Below are positions 1 to 9,220 of a DNA stretch of 64,000 nucleotides, one piece after another. The notes beneath the pieces were generated by a model that ran no database searches, was not told where the DNA came from, and saw only the letters and a program-made list of their open reading frames with translations. Both the position numbers and the translations under genes were made by a program. Position 1 is the first letter of the stretch; each line of letters opens with the position of its first letter. The stretch comes from Minisyncoccia bacterium (lineage in GTDB: Bacteria; Patescibacteriota; Minisyncoccia; SW-4-49-11), in contig JBIKVS010000002.1 of NCBI GenBank assembly GCA_044356725.1, positions 19,264 to 83,263 on the forward strand, read 5' to 3'.

Positions 1-2283
1 TAAATAACCAATAGGGATATACTTTCTATTTTCAGACGAAGTACGAGGAATAGCAATATAAAAGCCATCATTAGGCTGTCTATCTTCAGTAAACAATGAT
101 GGTATTTCAGCTTTTTTCTGAGTTGCAATCTTTGTACTTTTAAGCCTCGTCTCTTTTACCAAATTGACCCTTTTCATAACTTCAGGCATTGCCTTTAGTT
201 GTTCTGGTGGACAATTTTTAAGCCAGAGGCAATATCTCGTTCCTCCATTTAAAAAATCATAGCCACCAAGGTACTGTTTAATCCAAAAACTAGCAGATTT
301 ATCATTTTGCTCTATAAAATCTTTATCCTCAGCTAATAAAATCAAATGCCCACCATCAGCAGGGACACTACCATTTACAAGTTTAGCCATTGAGCTTAAG
401 GGTTTTGATCGTCCTTCAATAAATAAATCTTTTGCATCAATCAAATATGGATTAATATTTTTAGCTTTGATTTCATGAGCTTCACCTCTAATATCTTCAT
501 ATTCAAAGATTCGTTTATTATTAGTATCATAACTAGCAAAGCCAATAATCACACAATAAACTGCCGCATTTCCTTTGGCTTCATTACTCCATCTAAAGGT
601 TCTATGAGCAAAATGAATCTTGATATTATAATTACTTAATAAATATCCCCATAGAATACTAGTCTGCTCTCCTTGTACAATTGAATTTGTGGATACAAAG
701 GCTACTTTGATATTGGTATCTTGTATATATTGAGCAGCTTTGATATACCAACCTGTGACATAGTCTAATGTTCCCCCACCTGCTTTTTTATCAAACAATT
801 GTATGATTTGGTCTCGTTGATTTTGTTTCATTATTTTAGCCCCAATAAAAGGTGGATTCCCTAAAATATAGGATAATTTATTTTTGGGGACTATATCTTC
901 CCAATTCACTTCTAGGGCATCTCCATTTATAATTTTGGCAGATTTTTTGAGTGGTAAGCGGATATAATATTGTCCAAATTCATTGCTGACTTGCATATTC
1001 ATTTGATGATCAATCAGCCACATTGCAACTTCAGCTATTCTAGCAGGGAATTCTTCATATTCAATTCCATAAAATTGGTCAACATTAATCCACATAATAG
1101 TACTAATGTCAAATACTCGCTGTCCTGTCTTATGCAAGGCTCTGAGAACTTCTATCTCTAATAATCTTAATTCTCGATAAGTTATGACAAGGAAATTACC
1201 ACAACCACAAGCAGGATCAAGGAAGGTTAGGGTGCTGAGTTTTTTATGAAATTCACCTAATTTATGTGAATTATCTTTGATACTTTCAAATTCTTTCCAT
1301 AAATCATCTAGGAATAGCGGTTTGATGAGTTTGAGAATATTGGTTTCACTGGTATAATGAGCTCCTAAATTTCTTCTTTCTTTTGGATTCATTACACTTT
1401 GGAACATTGATCCGAATATGGCTGGGGAGATTTGACTCCAGTTAATATAACAACAATTAAGTAATGCTTGTCGCATATTACTATCAAAACTTGCGGTTGG
1501 GAGTATTTCTTCAAAAAGTTTTCCATTAATATACGGAAAATCAGCAAGTTGTTCATCCAAATTGCTAAAACGATTTTCTTTGGGGGTATTCAATACCTGA
1601 AATAATTCTTGTAATTTAGCTGCTAAATCACTTCCGTCTTCTGCTGTCCGTTGTTCTAAATAATCTTGGAATTGTTGTTTATTAAAAATTGTGGTATCTT
1701 CTGAGAATAATAAGAATAGAATACGAACCAAATAAACTTCTAATGGATGTCCAGTATATCCAATTTCTTTTAATCTGTCATGAAGTTTTCCCATTAACTC
1801 AGCAGCCTTTATATTGGCAGGATCTTGCTCTTTATAAATTTTCTTTTGATATCCAAGCATATATCCAAAATGCTGAACATTGTCGATAAGTTTATTGAGT
1901 GTAAAATCTATAGTCTTATCTTCTTCTAAATCATATAATCTAAAATTCTCAAAATCACATACCAGAATATATTTGGGTAATTCGTGTTGTTTCAGTCCAT
2001 GAGTATATTCAATTGCTTGCTGATAGGCTTTATCGAGGTTTTTACCTCGACTTTTCATTTCAATTAAAATTGTTCCTTTCCAAAATAAATCAATATAGCC
2101 ATCTTTATCATCTAGTTTTTTTACTCTATGTTCAAAGGTTGATACTCGTTTACTACTAATCCCAAAAACATTAAAGAACTCAACTAAAAATGGTTTCGCA
2201 TCTGCTTCCTCATTGGTAGTATCTTCCCATTCTTTTGAAAATTTTAATGCTCTATCTTTTATTTCATTCCAGCTTAATGCCAT
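1..2283 (-). CDS. MmeI-family Type IIG (Type IIL) restriction-modification enzyme, N-terminal about 760 aa. The start codon is at 2283 and the C-terminus lies beyond the window start.
   Basis: Manual minus-strand translation from the ATG at 2283 gives MALSWNEIKDRALKFSKEWEDTTNEEADAKPFLVEFFNVFGI with no stops down to position 1. It shows a PD-(D/E)xK-type D..EMK nuclease motif (DLFWKGTILIEMKS), DPACGCGNFL (SAM-binding motif I of gamma-class N6-adenine methyltransferases, identical in MmeI), and the NPPF catalytic motif (LGNPPFIGAK). It is absent from the ORF track because it runs off the window edge. Confidence 0.75.
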   Translation of the reverse strand, partial: MALSWNEIKDRALKFSKEWEDTTNEEADAKPFLVEFFNVFGISSKRVSTFEHRVKKLDDKDGYIDLFWKGTILIEMKSRGKNLDKAYQQAIEYTHGLKQHELPKYILVCDFENFRLYDLEEDKTIDFTLNKLIDNVQHFGYMLGYQKKIYKEQDPANIKAAELMGKLHDRLKEIGYTGHPLEVYLVRILFLLFSEDTTIFNKQQFQDYLEQRTAEDGSDLAAKLQELFQVLNTPKENRFSNLDEQLADFPYINGKLFEEILPTASFDSNMRQALLNCCYINWSQISPAIFGSMFQSVMNPKERRNLGAHYTSETNILKLIKPLFLDDLWKEFESIKDNSHKLGEFHKKLSTLTFLDPACGCGNFLVITYRELRLLEIEVLRALHKTGQRVFDISTIMWINVDQFYGIEYEEFPARIAEVAMWLIDHQMNMQVSNEFGQYYIRLPLKKSAKIINGDALEVNWEDIVPKNKLSYILGNPPFIGAKIMKQNQRDQIIQLFDKKAGGGTLDYVTGWYIKAAQYIQDTNIKVAFVSTNSIVQGEQTSILWGYLLSNYNIKIHFAHRTFRWSNEAKGNAAVYCVIIGFASYDTNNKRIFEYEDIRGEAHEIKAKNINPYLIDAKDLFIEGRSKPLSSMAKLVNGSVPADGGHLILLAEDKDFIEQNDKSASFWIKQYLGGYDFLNGGTRYCLWLKNCPPEQLKAMPEVMKRVNLVKETRLKSTKIATQKKAEIPSLFTEDRQPNDGFYIAIPRTSSENRKYIPIGYL

Positions 2284-2303
2284 ATTTGTAAAATTATTAT
2301 TTT

Positions 2304-3254
2304 TTATTTAGCTGTTTTTTGTTGAGTGACTATTTCATAGGCCATAATGGCAGTGGCGGTGGCTACATTGAGTGATTGAATTTGTCCATACATTGGGATA
2401 TACCCGAGCATATCACAGCTAGATGCTATACTTGGTCTCAAGCCTTTGCCTTCACTACCCATTACTAAGACGGTTGGTAAATTATTAAAGTCATATTGAT
2501 AAAAAGGTGTAGCTTCAGGATTACATTCACTTCCTAATATCCAAAATCCTGTTTGTTTGAGAGTATTAAGAGCTGTGTTCATATTCCCAACTTGGACTAA
2601 GGGGACATATTTATCTGCTCCTGAGGCTACTTTAGAGGCTACTGGGGAGATAATTCCTCCGCGATGTTTTGGGAATAATACTCCAAGAGCTCCCATAGTT
2701 TCAGCTACTCGGATAATAGCTCCGATATTCTGCTGGTCAGTAATCTCATCTAGGGCTATGACTAGTCCACCTGGATTTTGTTCTAACTTAGCTTTGATAC
2801 TATATATCCAATCCTCTAATCCTAATAATGGCTCGGCTGTAATAAGGGCTACGATGCCTTGATGTATATAATCCCCTGCTTCGGATATTTCTTTTTCAAG
2901 TAGTCCTGTGATTTTTTGAATTGGGACATATTGTACTAGTGCTAAAGACTCTTTGGCCAGTTCCAAAATTTGCTCTAATCTCTTGTCTCTAACTTGATTT
3001 TCTCTAGTGATATAAATTTTCTGTACTCTCTTTGGTGATTTTTTGAGTACTTCTAAAACTGAGTTTTTACCATAGATATATTGGCTACTGTCTTTGTCTA
3101 TTAAAACTTTACCTTTACTTGGTTTGGCGATTTGATTGGCTGGATTTCGTCGATGTTTGGTAGTTGGCAAAGCTGACTTTGGTACATCTTTTCGGGGAGA
3201 TGGGCGATTTGACTTTGACTTAAGCTTTGACTTCTTCTTGGTAGGATATGGCAT
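2304..3254 (-). CDS. SpoU/TrmH-family RNA 2'-O-methyltransferase (RlmB-like) with a Lys/Arg-rich N-terminal extension
   Basis: The C-terminal half has SPOUT methyltransferase motifs (VIALDEITDQQNIGAIIRVAETMGA, LVMGSEGKGL, SLNVATATAIMAYE). The N-terminal 60 aa are a basic low-complexity region. Confidence 0.8.
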   Translation of the reverse strand: MPYPTKKKSKLKSKSNRPSPRKDVPKSALPTTKHRRNPANQIAKPSKGKVLIDKDSSQYIYGKNSVLEVLKKSPKRVQKIYITRENQVRDKRLEQILELAKESLALVQYVPIQKITGLLEKEISEAGDYIHQGIVALITAEPLLGLEDWIYSIKAKLEQNPGGLVIALDEITDQQNIGAIIRVAETMGALGVLFPKHRGGIISPVASKVASGADKYVPLVQVGNMNTALNTLKQTGFWILGSECNPEATPFYQYDFNNLPTVLVMGSEGKGLRPSIASSCDMLGYIPMYGQIQSLNVATATAIMAYEIVTQQKTAK

Positions 3255-3320
3255 ATATAGTATGAATTATTATGCCTATATTAGCATATATTAAGGGTTT
3301 TGTATAGGTGGGAGGGTATA

Positions 3321-3515
3321 ATTATGAATTATGAGTTGTTAATGATACTTATACAGGCTCATTATATTTTAGTCCTCCCTCCAAAGGGAGACAATATTTC
3401 AAGTTGCAAAATAATCCACCACCGGCACTTCGTGCCACCTCCTCCAAAGGAGGACAATATAATACAAAGTTCAGGCGACTAGTAGGTCGCCCCTCAACGA
3501 GGGGAATTTAATTCA
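3321..3515. repeat. Composite GC-rich palindromic repeat element, copy A. It is a member of a window-wide family.
   Basis: Contains gtcctccctccaaagggagacaa, ggcacttcgtgcc, cctcctccaaaggaggac, ggcgactagtaggtcgcc (3474-3491), and cccctcaacgaggggaat. It is preceded by an AT-rich attatgaattatgagttgtt segment. The same modules recur in copies B to J. Confidence 0.7.
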
Positions 3516-3520
3516 AAGTT

Positions 3521-5323
3521 CTAAGCATATATAACATTAGGATTATATTCTATTAACTCTTGTTGATTTCTTGAGAGATTATCAATTTTTTGCTTTAATT
3601 CAGTGATTTTTGATTGTTTAACATAGAAGTCATCAGGCATTTGATAATTATCTATGTATGCTTTTAAATCATTCAATGCTTTAATAATAGAACTATTATC
3701 TGTAAGTTCTATTTTCCCTAATCTACTCCTTATATATTCACTTTGACTATATATTCTATTTAATTCTTCTACGCTAGATGTGTTAATAGAAAATTCAGAA
3801 TTTATTGTATTATATTCACTACTATATTGGTCTCGATTATTAATTCTTAATTTTATATTTTCTAAAATTGGACTTAATCTAGATATGGCATCTCTGTCTT
3901 TAGTAAGATCCCATCTTGACTTAGATTTATTCTGTTGTAGGTAATCCTCTATTTGTTTTAGTTGCGCTATTCTCAAATTTCTTTCTTCTGGTACTCTAAA
4001 ATCACGAAGTGCTCTGATATTGCTTATAGCTTTCTTTAAGCTATTTAATTCAGTGTCTATAGATTTTGTATTATCTGTGATTTGACTTGCTAATTCTCCT
4101 AAAGTTTTTTGATAATCTTCTTGTAATTCAAAACCTTTATCCTTTAATCTAACTTCACAAGTGATTTCTGCTAATTTTCTTGATAATAAATCTATATTTA
4201 GAATATCAACAGACCTATCTCTTTCTAAATGAGAAGCTTCTTGATATGATGAATCTCCCTCAATACCTTCTACTTCTTGTTGTAAATTATTTTTACTATC
4301 TAAAAGTAAATTCAATTCTCTCTCTTTAGCTACCCCAGCAAAATATTGAATAGATCTTTCAGTTTGTTCTGAACCTGAATAAACTCCTGAATCTGTTTTA
4401 AGTTTTTTAATTCTATCCATTCCTGCAACATACCCGTATAATTCAAATATTCTAGATAGATTTTCATCAGATATATCAAACATATCTACTCCATCCACTG
4501 TCTTAGTAAATTCAGTTTTAGATAATGTTTCTTCTAATTCTCTTTGAGATTGTTCTAATAAAATAGGTTTGTCATTAGCTTCAGCTCCGATTTCTGTATA
4601 ATTGGTTTGTGCTTCTTTTAATTTCTCTTGTAGATCTCCTAATCTCTTTTGTATATCTGTATCTACTAATGCTTTAGTCTCTGCATCAAAAGCTGTTATT
4701 TTTGATTCTACCTCCTGTAAAGCTTCTTCATTGGCACTTACTCGTTTACGATATGTCGGAAGATTCTTAGCTTCTTCAGTGAATTCTTCAAATGTCTTTT
4801 TTGTATCAGGATTTAATTGTTTTAATTCACCATAAGCTTGTGCAATCATCTGTGAAAGTTGTAGTTGTCTTTCTTCTAATTTTATTTTTTTATCTTCCAA
4901 ACTAATTCTAGTTTTTTGTCTAGATTCTAAGGTTTTATTTTGTATTGCATCAAATACTTCTCCCTCCCCACTTTCTAATTGCTGGATTTGAGATTTAATG
5001 TCTTGTATTTCTAATCCTTGTAATGATAATCCGTCTTCATTCACTTCAAACTTTGGCTTTGACGCTTCCCCCTCTTGCTGAACTAAACTATCTAATTCAG
5101 CCGCAAGACTATCTTCTGGCACCTCAGTATCTACCCCTTCACCACCTTCAGATATCGCCTCGCCTTCAAGATTCTCTCCTACCAGCTCTGCAGTTAAATC
5201 TGCTGGACTCATTATCTCTGGCTCGGTTTGGGGTACAGATGATTGATTACTGACACCTCCTCCTTCTGGCAACTCTGGGCTGCTTAATATATGTGGGTTT
5301 TGGTCTGGATTGAAGCTATTCAT
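3521..5323 (-). CDS. Hypothetical protein with an acidic low-complexity N-terminus followed by a long coiled-coil (Gln/Glu/Lys-rich). It lies immediately downstream of ftsA.
   Basis: 600-aa ORF with no FtsZ GTPase signature (no GGGTGTG). It has heptad-like E/K/Q/L-rich segments. There is a 12-nt gap after the ftsA stop, so it is probably cotranscribed. Confidence 0.55.
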   Translation of the reverse strand: MNSFNPDQNPHILSSPELPEGGGVSNQSSVPQTEPEIMSPADLTAELVGENLEGEAISEGGEGVDTEVPEDSLAAELDSLVQQEGEASKPKFEVNEDGLSLQGLEIQDIKSQIQQLESGEGEVFDAIQNKTLESRQKTRISLEDKKIKLEERQLQLSQMIAQAYGELKQLNPDTKKTFEEFTEEAKNLPTYRKRVSANEEALQEVESKITAFDAETKALVDTDIQKRLGDLQEKLKEAQTNYTEIGAEANDKPILLEQSQRELEETLSKTEFTKTVDGVDMFDISDENLSRIFELYGYVAGMDRIKKLKTDSGVYSGSEQTERSIQYFAGVAKERELNLLLDSKNNLQQEVEGIEGDSSYQEASHLERDRSVDILNIDLLSRKLAEITCEVRLKDKGFELQEDYQKTLGELASQITDNTKSIDTELNSLKKAISNIRALRDFRVPEERNLRIAQLKQIEDYLQQNKSKSRWDLTKDRDAISRLSPILENIKLRINNRDQYSSEYNTINSEFSINTSSVEELNRIYSQSEYIRSRLGKIELTDNSSIIKALNDLKAYIDNYQMPDDFYVKQSKITELKQKIDNLSRNQQELIEYNPNVIYA

Positions 5324-5335
5324 ATTAATGATTTT

Positions 5336-6598
5336 TTAATCTGGGAATACCATTTTTAAGAGTTTTTGAATTGGATTTAATATTTTTGATGAACTTTTTT
5401 TCATTACATTAGATAGATTGTCTTTGGAGTCTTGTGAGTATTCTATATGGTCAAACTCTGATTTTATTAGTCCAACTAAATTAGCATAGATTGGATTATC
5501 TACATCAGCTATACTACCTTCTACTCCTTGAGGAGTGCCAATTTTGACTGGTAATTTAAGCTCTTGCTTAGCTAAATCAGCTATTGCTTTCAAATTCGCT
5601 CCTCCACCTACTAGCACTACTCCTGCTGGTAATAATCCATCTCTTTCAATTTTCTTTAATTCTTGAGTGATAAGTTCGAATATTTCTTTTGACCTAGCTT
5701 CGATTATACTAGCTATATAGGCTACTGGAAATATTCCTTCTTCTTCAGAATCAATTTTTGATAAATCAATTTTTAATTTAGCACTCTCTCCTAAGGATTT
5801 TTCTAGAGCTACTCCATATTTTAGTTTTATTTTCTCAGATACTTCAATAGATGTTCGAAGTCCAATAGCTAAATCATTAGTAATATGATTTGCTCCAACT
5901 GGAATTACTCCTATATGGATTATATGTCCTTCTTCATATACAGCTATTGAGGTTGTACCTGCTCCTAAGTCTATCACTGCTACTCCTAAATCTTTTTGTT
6001 TTTTGGTTAATACAGAATTAGCTGAGGCAATTATACCAATTTCTTGAGATGCTACTTTTAGTCCTAAATTATGGACACATTTTTCTAAACTTTTGATGGA
6101 TGATGAATTATTTTCTACAATTAAAGCCTCTACTTCTAATCTAATACCATTCATTCCGACTGGGTTCTTGATACCAGTTTCTTCATCTAAGGTATATGTT
6201 TTGGGAATTATATCTATAACTTCCTTATTTTGACTACTTGGTCCTGGATTGGCATTAGCAATAACTCTGTTTACATCTTCCTCTGTGACATCTCCATCTA
6301 TTTTGGAGACTGCTATTCTTTCTGAGGAAGAGTAACTTTTAATATGTACTCCATTAATTGAGATATGTATTTCTTTGATATCTTCCTCTACCATTTTAGA
6401 GGTGTATTCTAAAGCTTCACTAATACTATGGGTAGCATCTTGAATATCGCTCACCACACCTTTTTTCACTCCTTCACTAGGAGCTACTCCAAGCGCAATA
6501 ATAGAAGGTGTTTTATCTTCTCTTAGACGCTTTCCTATGGCCATCTTAGTAAAAGATGTTCCTACGTCTAATCCAACTATTATTTCATTTTGGGCCAT
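5336..6598 (-). CDS. ftsA: Cell division protein FtsA (actin-like ATPase)
   Basis: N-terminus IVGLDVGTSFTKMAIG (phosphate-1), DLGAGTTSIAVYEEGHIIHIGVIPVGANHITNDLA (phosphate-2 and adenosine motifs), and a C-terminal amphipathic tail. Confidence 0.85.
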   Translation of the reverse strand: MAQNEIIVGLDVGTSFTKMAIGKRLREDKTPSIIALGVAPSEGVKKGVVSDIQDATHSISEALEYTSKMVEEDIKEIHISINGVHIKSYSSSERIAVSKIDGDVTEEDVNRVIANANPGPSSQNKEVIDIIPKTYTLDEETGIKNPVGMNGIRLEVEALIVENNSSSIKSLEKCVHNLGLKVASQEIGIIASANSVLTKKQKDLGVAVIDLGAGTTSIAVYEEGHIIHIGVIPVGANHITNDLAIGLRTSIEVSEKIKLKYGVALEKSLGESAKLKIDLSKIDSEEEGIFPVAYIASIIEARSKEIFELITQELKKIERDGLLPAGVVLVGGGANLKAIADLAKQELKLPVKIGTPQGVEGSIADVDNPIYANLVGLIKSEFDHIEYSQDSKDNLSNVMKKSSSKILNPIQKLLKMVFPD

Positions 6599-6643
6599 AA
6601 TTTATATATATTGTTTTTATATTTTCTATTATATCATATAGTT

Positions 6644-7093
6644 TTAAGAAAATGAATAGTGTTGTTTAATAATTTTTAATAAATCTTCTTCTTTAGAATG
6701 CATCTCCTCATAATCTTCATCTGTCTGATGGTCATATCCTATCAAGTGACATAGCCCATGGACACATAAAGTGGCTATTTCATAGTCTATACGATGTCCT
6801 AATTCTTCAGACTGAGATAGAGCTTTATTATAACATATTACAATTTCTCCTAAAGTCATATCTTCCATAGAATAGTCTGACATCAGATTAAAAGATAAGA
6901 CATCGGTAACTTTGTCTTTATTTCTATATTGAGCATTCAAATTTTGAATAGTACTTTCTGATACAATTGCCACACTAACTGTTGTATCCTGAAATTTACG
7001 GTCAATATTTTTACTAAATATGTCTACACATAAAGCTATCAGATTATTATAATCTGGTATATTAGGAACTTGTGATTCAAATTCCAATATCAT
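6644..7093 (-). CDS. ybeY: rRNA maturation endoribonuclease YbeY
   Basis: HGLCHLIGYDHQTDEDYEEM matches the YbeY H-x3-H-x5-H zinc motif. The size is right at 149 aa. Confidence 0.85.
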   Translation of the reverse strand: MILEFESQVPNIPDYNNLIALCVDIFSKNIDRKFQDTTVSVAIVSESTIQNLNAQYRNKDKVTDVLSFNLMSDYSMEDMTLGEIVICYNKALSQSEELGHRIDYEIATLCVHGLCHLIGYDHQTDEDYEEMHSKEEDLLKIIKQHYSFS

Positions 7094-7096
7094 AAT

Positions 7097-7537
7097 TTAG
7101 GCTAATTTAGTTTGAACTAAATCTTTAATTTGATTACCGTCAGCTTTACCTTGAGCTTTACTTACTACTAGTTTCATCACTGAACCAAAGTTAGCAGAAT
7201 CTCCAAGCTCAGAGATACTAGCTTCCACTAATTGCTCTAGTTCTACATCAGTCAATTTAGCTGGCAAATATCTCTGTATAATCTCTAATTCAGACATTTC
7301 AGAGGCTACCAAGTCCTCTCTTCCTCCCTCTTGATAGGCTTGAATAGAGTCTTTTCTTTGTTTCTCTAGCTTGGACAAAACTTTAATCACATCGCTGTCT
7401 TCTAATGGACTCCCTTTATCAATTTCTGCATTTTTAAACTCTGAGCTTAGAGTTCTAAGTACAGTTTTGGCAAGGTCATCTCTATCTTTCATTGCCTGTA
7501 CCATATCTTTTTTAATTGTAAGAGCAATATTAGACAT
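7097..7537 (-). CDS. yqeY: GatB/YqeY domain protein
   Basis: 146 aa, colinear with the YqeY family (LSKLEKQRKDSIQAYQEGGREDL ... KADGNQIKDLVQTKL). It has the conserved rpsU-yqeY neighbourhood. Confidence 0.8.
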   Translation of the reverse strand: MSNIALTIKKDMVQAMKDRDDLAKTVLRTLSSEFKNAEIDKGSPLEDSDVIKVLSKLEKQRKDSIQAYQEGGREDLVASEMSELEIIQRYLPAKLTDVELEQLVEASISELGDSANFGSVMKLVVSKAQGKADGNQIKDLVQTKLA

Positions 7538-7548
7538 AAATCAATATA

Positions 7549-7818
7549 TTATTTGATACTAGCTTTAATTTTGAGCTTATACTTATTGGGTAATTTTTCT
7601 GTAGATCGAACTTTTCCCATTTTGACAAGCTTATCTTTTTCAGTTAAGAATTGTACTTTTTTGATTGCAGCTTGTCTTTGCTTAGTTTTAGACTTACCTT
7701 TAGTCAAAAATCTAGAGGCTCTAGCTTGGCTTAAAACTTCACTTTTTTGAATGCGTCGAGTAAATCGTCGAATCATAGATTCCACGTTTTCCTTTTCTCT
7801 CTTTATTACTTCTACCAT
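7549..7818 (-). CDS. rpsU: 30S ribosomal protein S21
   Basis: 89 aa, basic. The N-terminus MVEVIKREKENVESMIRRFTRRIQKSEVL resembles S21 (MPVIKVREN..ALRRFKR). A strong SD (AGGAGG) lies 8 nt upstream. Confidence 0.75.
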   Translation of the reverse strand: MVEVIKREKENVESMIRRFTRRIQKSEVLSQARASRFLTKGKSKTKQRQAAIKKVQFLTEKDKLVKMGKVRSTEKLPNKYKLKIKASIK

Positions 7819-7891
7819 ATATTACAACCTCCTTTCATTATTTTGACCAAATAAAGTTGGTCTTATAGCTTATATTAAGACTTTAAAATCA

Positions 7892-7920
7892 ATTTTACCA
7901 CAGAATAATATTTTTTGCAA
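7892..7920 (-). promoter_or_regulatory. Putative sigma70-type promoter for the rpsU-yqeY-ybeY-ftsA gene string
   Basis: On the minus strand the sequence reads TTGCAA-(17 nt)-TGgTAAAAT, an extended -10, about 75 nt upstream of the rpsU start. Confidence 0.35.
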
Positions 7921-7936
7921 TAGTATGTATTGACAT

Positions 7937-9217
7937 TTATTTAGTTACTTTTTTACTTAAAATAGATATCAACTTATCAATCGGGATAATTTCTTGATTT
8001 TCACTTTCTTTATCTCTTAGAATTACAGTTCCATCTACTGCCTCTTTACGCCCTACAATCAAGGTGACTTCTGCATCTGACTGTTTAGCTTTTAATAGCT
8101 GTTGTCTAAGACTTTTAATTCCAAAGTTTTCTTTGACATCTAATCCGTGTTTTTGAATTAAAGATAATATTTTTAAGGCACTTTTCTGTCCCTCAAGCCC
8201 AATAGAAGCTACAAATATATCTGGCTTTTTACCTTTATTTAATTTATTAGGGTTGATTTTTTGCACTAAATCTAATAATAAATCGACATAAATTTCTATT
8301 CCGACAGCACCTGAACGCTTATTACCACCTAATAGTTCAAATAATTCATTATGTCTACCTCCTCTGACCAAAATCATCTCTGGATAATCTTGACTCATAA
8401 TTTCAAAATATACTCCTTCATTAAATCCAATGGAACCCGCCAAAGTAGATTCTAAATTATATTGTATATCAAGAGTATCCAAAAATTCTAATACCGCTTT
8501 GAAATACTGAGTCTCTTCTGTACTAAGATAATCTACTATTTGAGGTATTCTAATATTAACATCTGTATCTAAACTCAAAAGCTCATTGTATAATTGAATG
8601 GGATTATATGATAAAGAACTTGATAGATCTTTAAATCTTTTTGGAGTCTTTGATATTAATTCTTTATAATACTGTTCTCTAGAATCTAAATTTCCAAGAA
8701 CATTAATATTAACAACTAAATTTGTGATTCCTTGTGATTCCAGCATACGATAAGCCGTCAAAATCAGTTCTGCATCCCGAATAGGATTAATATCTCCTAT
8801 ACATTCAGCTTTAAATACATGGAATTGTTTTGGAGTAGTAGCACTGTTATTATCATCATCTACCAAAGATATACCATAATCAAATAGCTTAAGTGACTCC
8901 TCTTGATATGGGATATTATTATCTATCACCGTTTTTAATATTCCAATTGGACCAGGCGCTCCTAATACGATGGTATTTTTAGATTTATATTTTACAGTAA
9001 ATAATGATTCTGTAGCTCCAATATTTAACTTATGTAAAATTTTATTATTAAACACTGATGCTTCTTGAGTAAAAGTAAAGCCACTATTTTGATATCCCAC
9101 ACTTTTTAGAGTATCTCTAATATCTGAGACCACACAGTCCCAAATATTTGAAAATTCAGGATTAATAATGGCTGTATCTAATGAGTGATTTTTTCTTACA
9201 CCTCGTCGTCTTCTCAT
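7937..9217 (-). CDS. Histidyl-tRNA synthetase-like class II aaRS (HisS/HisZ family) with a degenerate motif 2
   Basis: Colinear with HisRS throughout. KQFHVFKAECIG matches RQFHQLGCEVFG. GGRHNELFELLGG..SGAVGIEIY matches GGRYDGLVEQLGG..PAVGFAMGLERL. The C-terminal anticodon-binding domain reads DIFVASIGLEG..VTLIVGRKE. In contrast, the HisRS motif-2 block FRHERPQKGRYRQF is replaced by LVDDDNNSATTPKQF. Confidence 0.6.
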   Translation of the reverse strand: MRRRRGVRKNHSLDTAIINPEFSNIWDCVVSDIRDTLKSVGYQNSGFTFTQEASVFNNKILHKLNIGATESLFTVKYKSKNTIVLGAPGPIGILKTVIDNNIPYQEESLKLFDYGISLVDDDNNSATTPKQFHVFKAECIGDINPIRDAELILTAYRMLESQGITNLVVNINVLGNLDSREQYYKELISKTPKRFKDLSSSLSYNPIQLYNELLSLDTDVNIRIPQIVDYLSTEETQYFKAVLEFLDTLDIQYNLESTLAGSIGFNEGVYFEIMSQDYPEMILVRGGRHNELFELLGGNKRSGAVGIEIYVDLLLDLVQKINPNKLNKGKKPDIFVASIGLEGQKSALKILSLIQKHGLDVKENFGIKSLRQQLLKAKQSDAEVTLIVGRKEAVDGTVILRDKESENQEIIPIDKLISILSKKVTK

Positions 9218-9220
9218 AAT

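Noticed and set aside
970-1889. Plus-strand ORFs 970-1161 and 1689-1889
   Set aside because: They lie antisense inside the long MmeI-family reading frame on the minus strand, and their AT-biased translations have no motifs.
3300-3482. ORF 3300-3482 (+), 60 aa
   Set aside because: It lies entirely within repeat cassette A. The translation is driven by the palindromic modules, and an identical artefact appears in copy C (26507-26722).
3521-5323. The gene after ftsA being a divergent ftsZ
   Set aside because: There is no GGGTGTG tubulin signature or GTPase motifs. The sequence is coiled-coil-like throughout.
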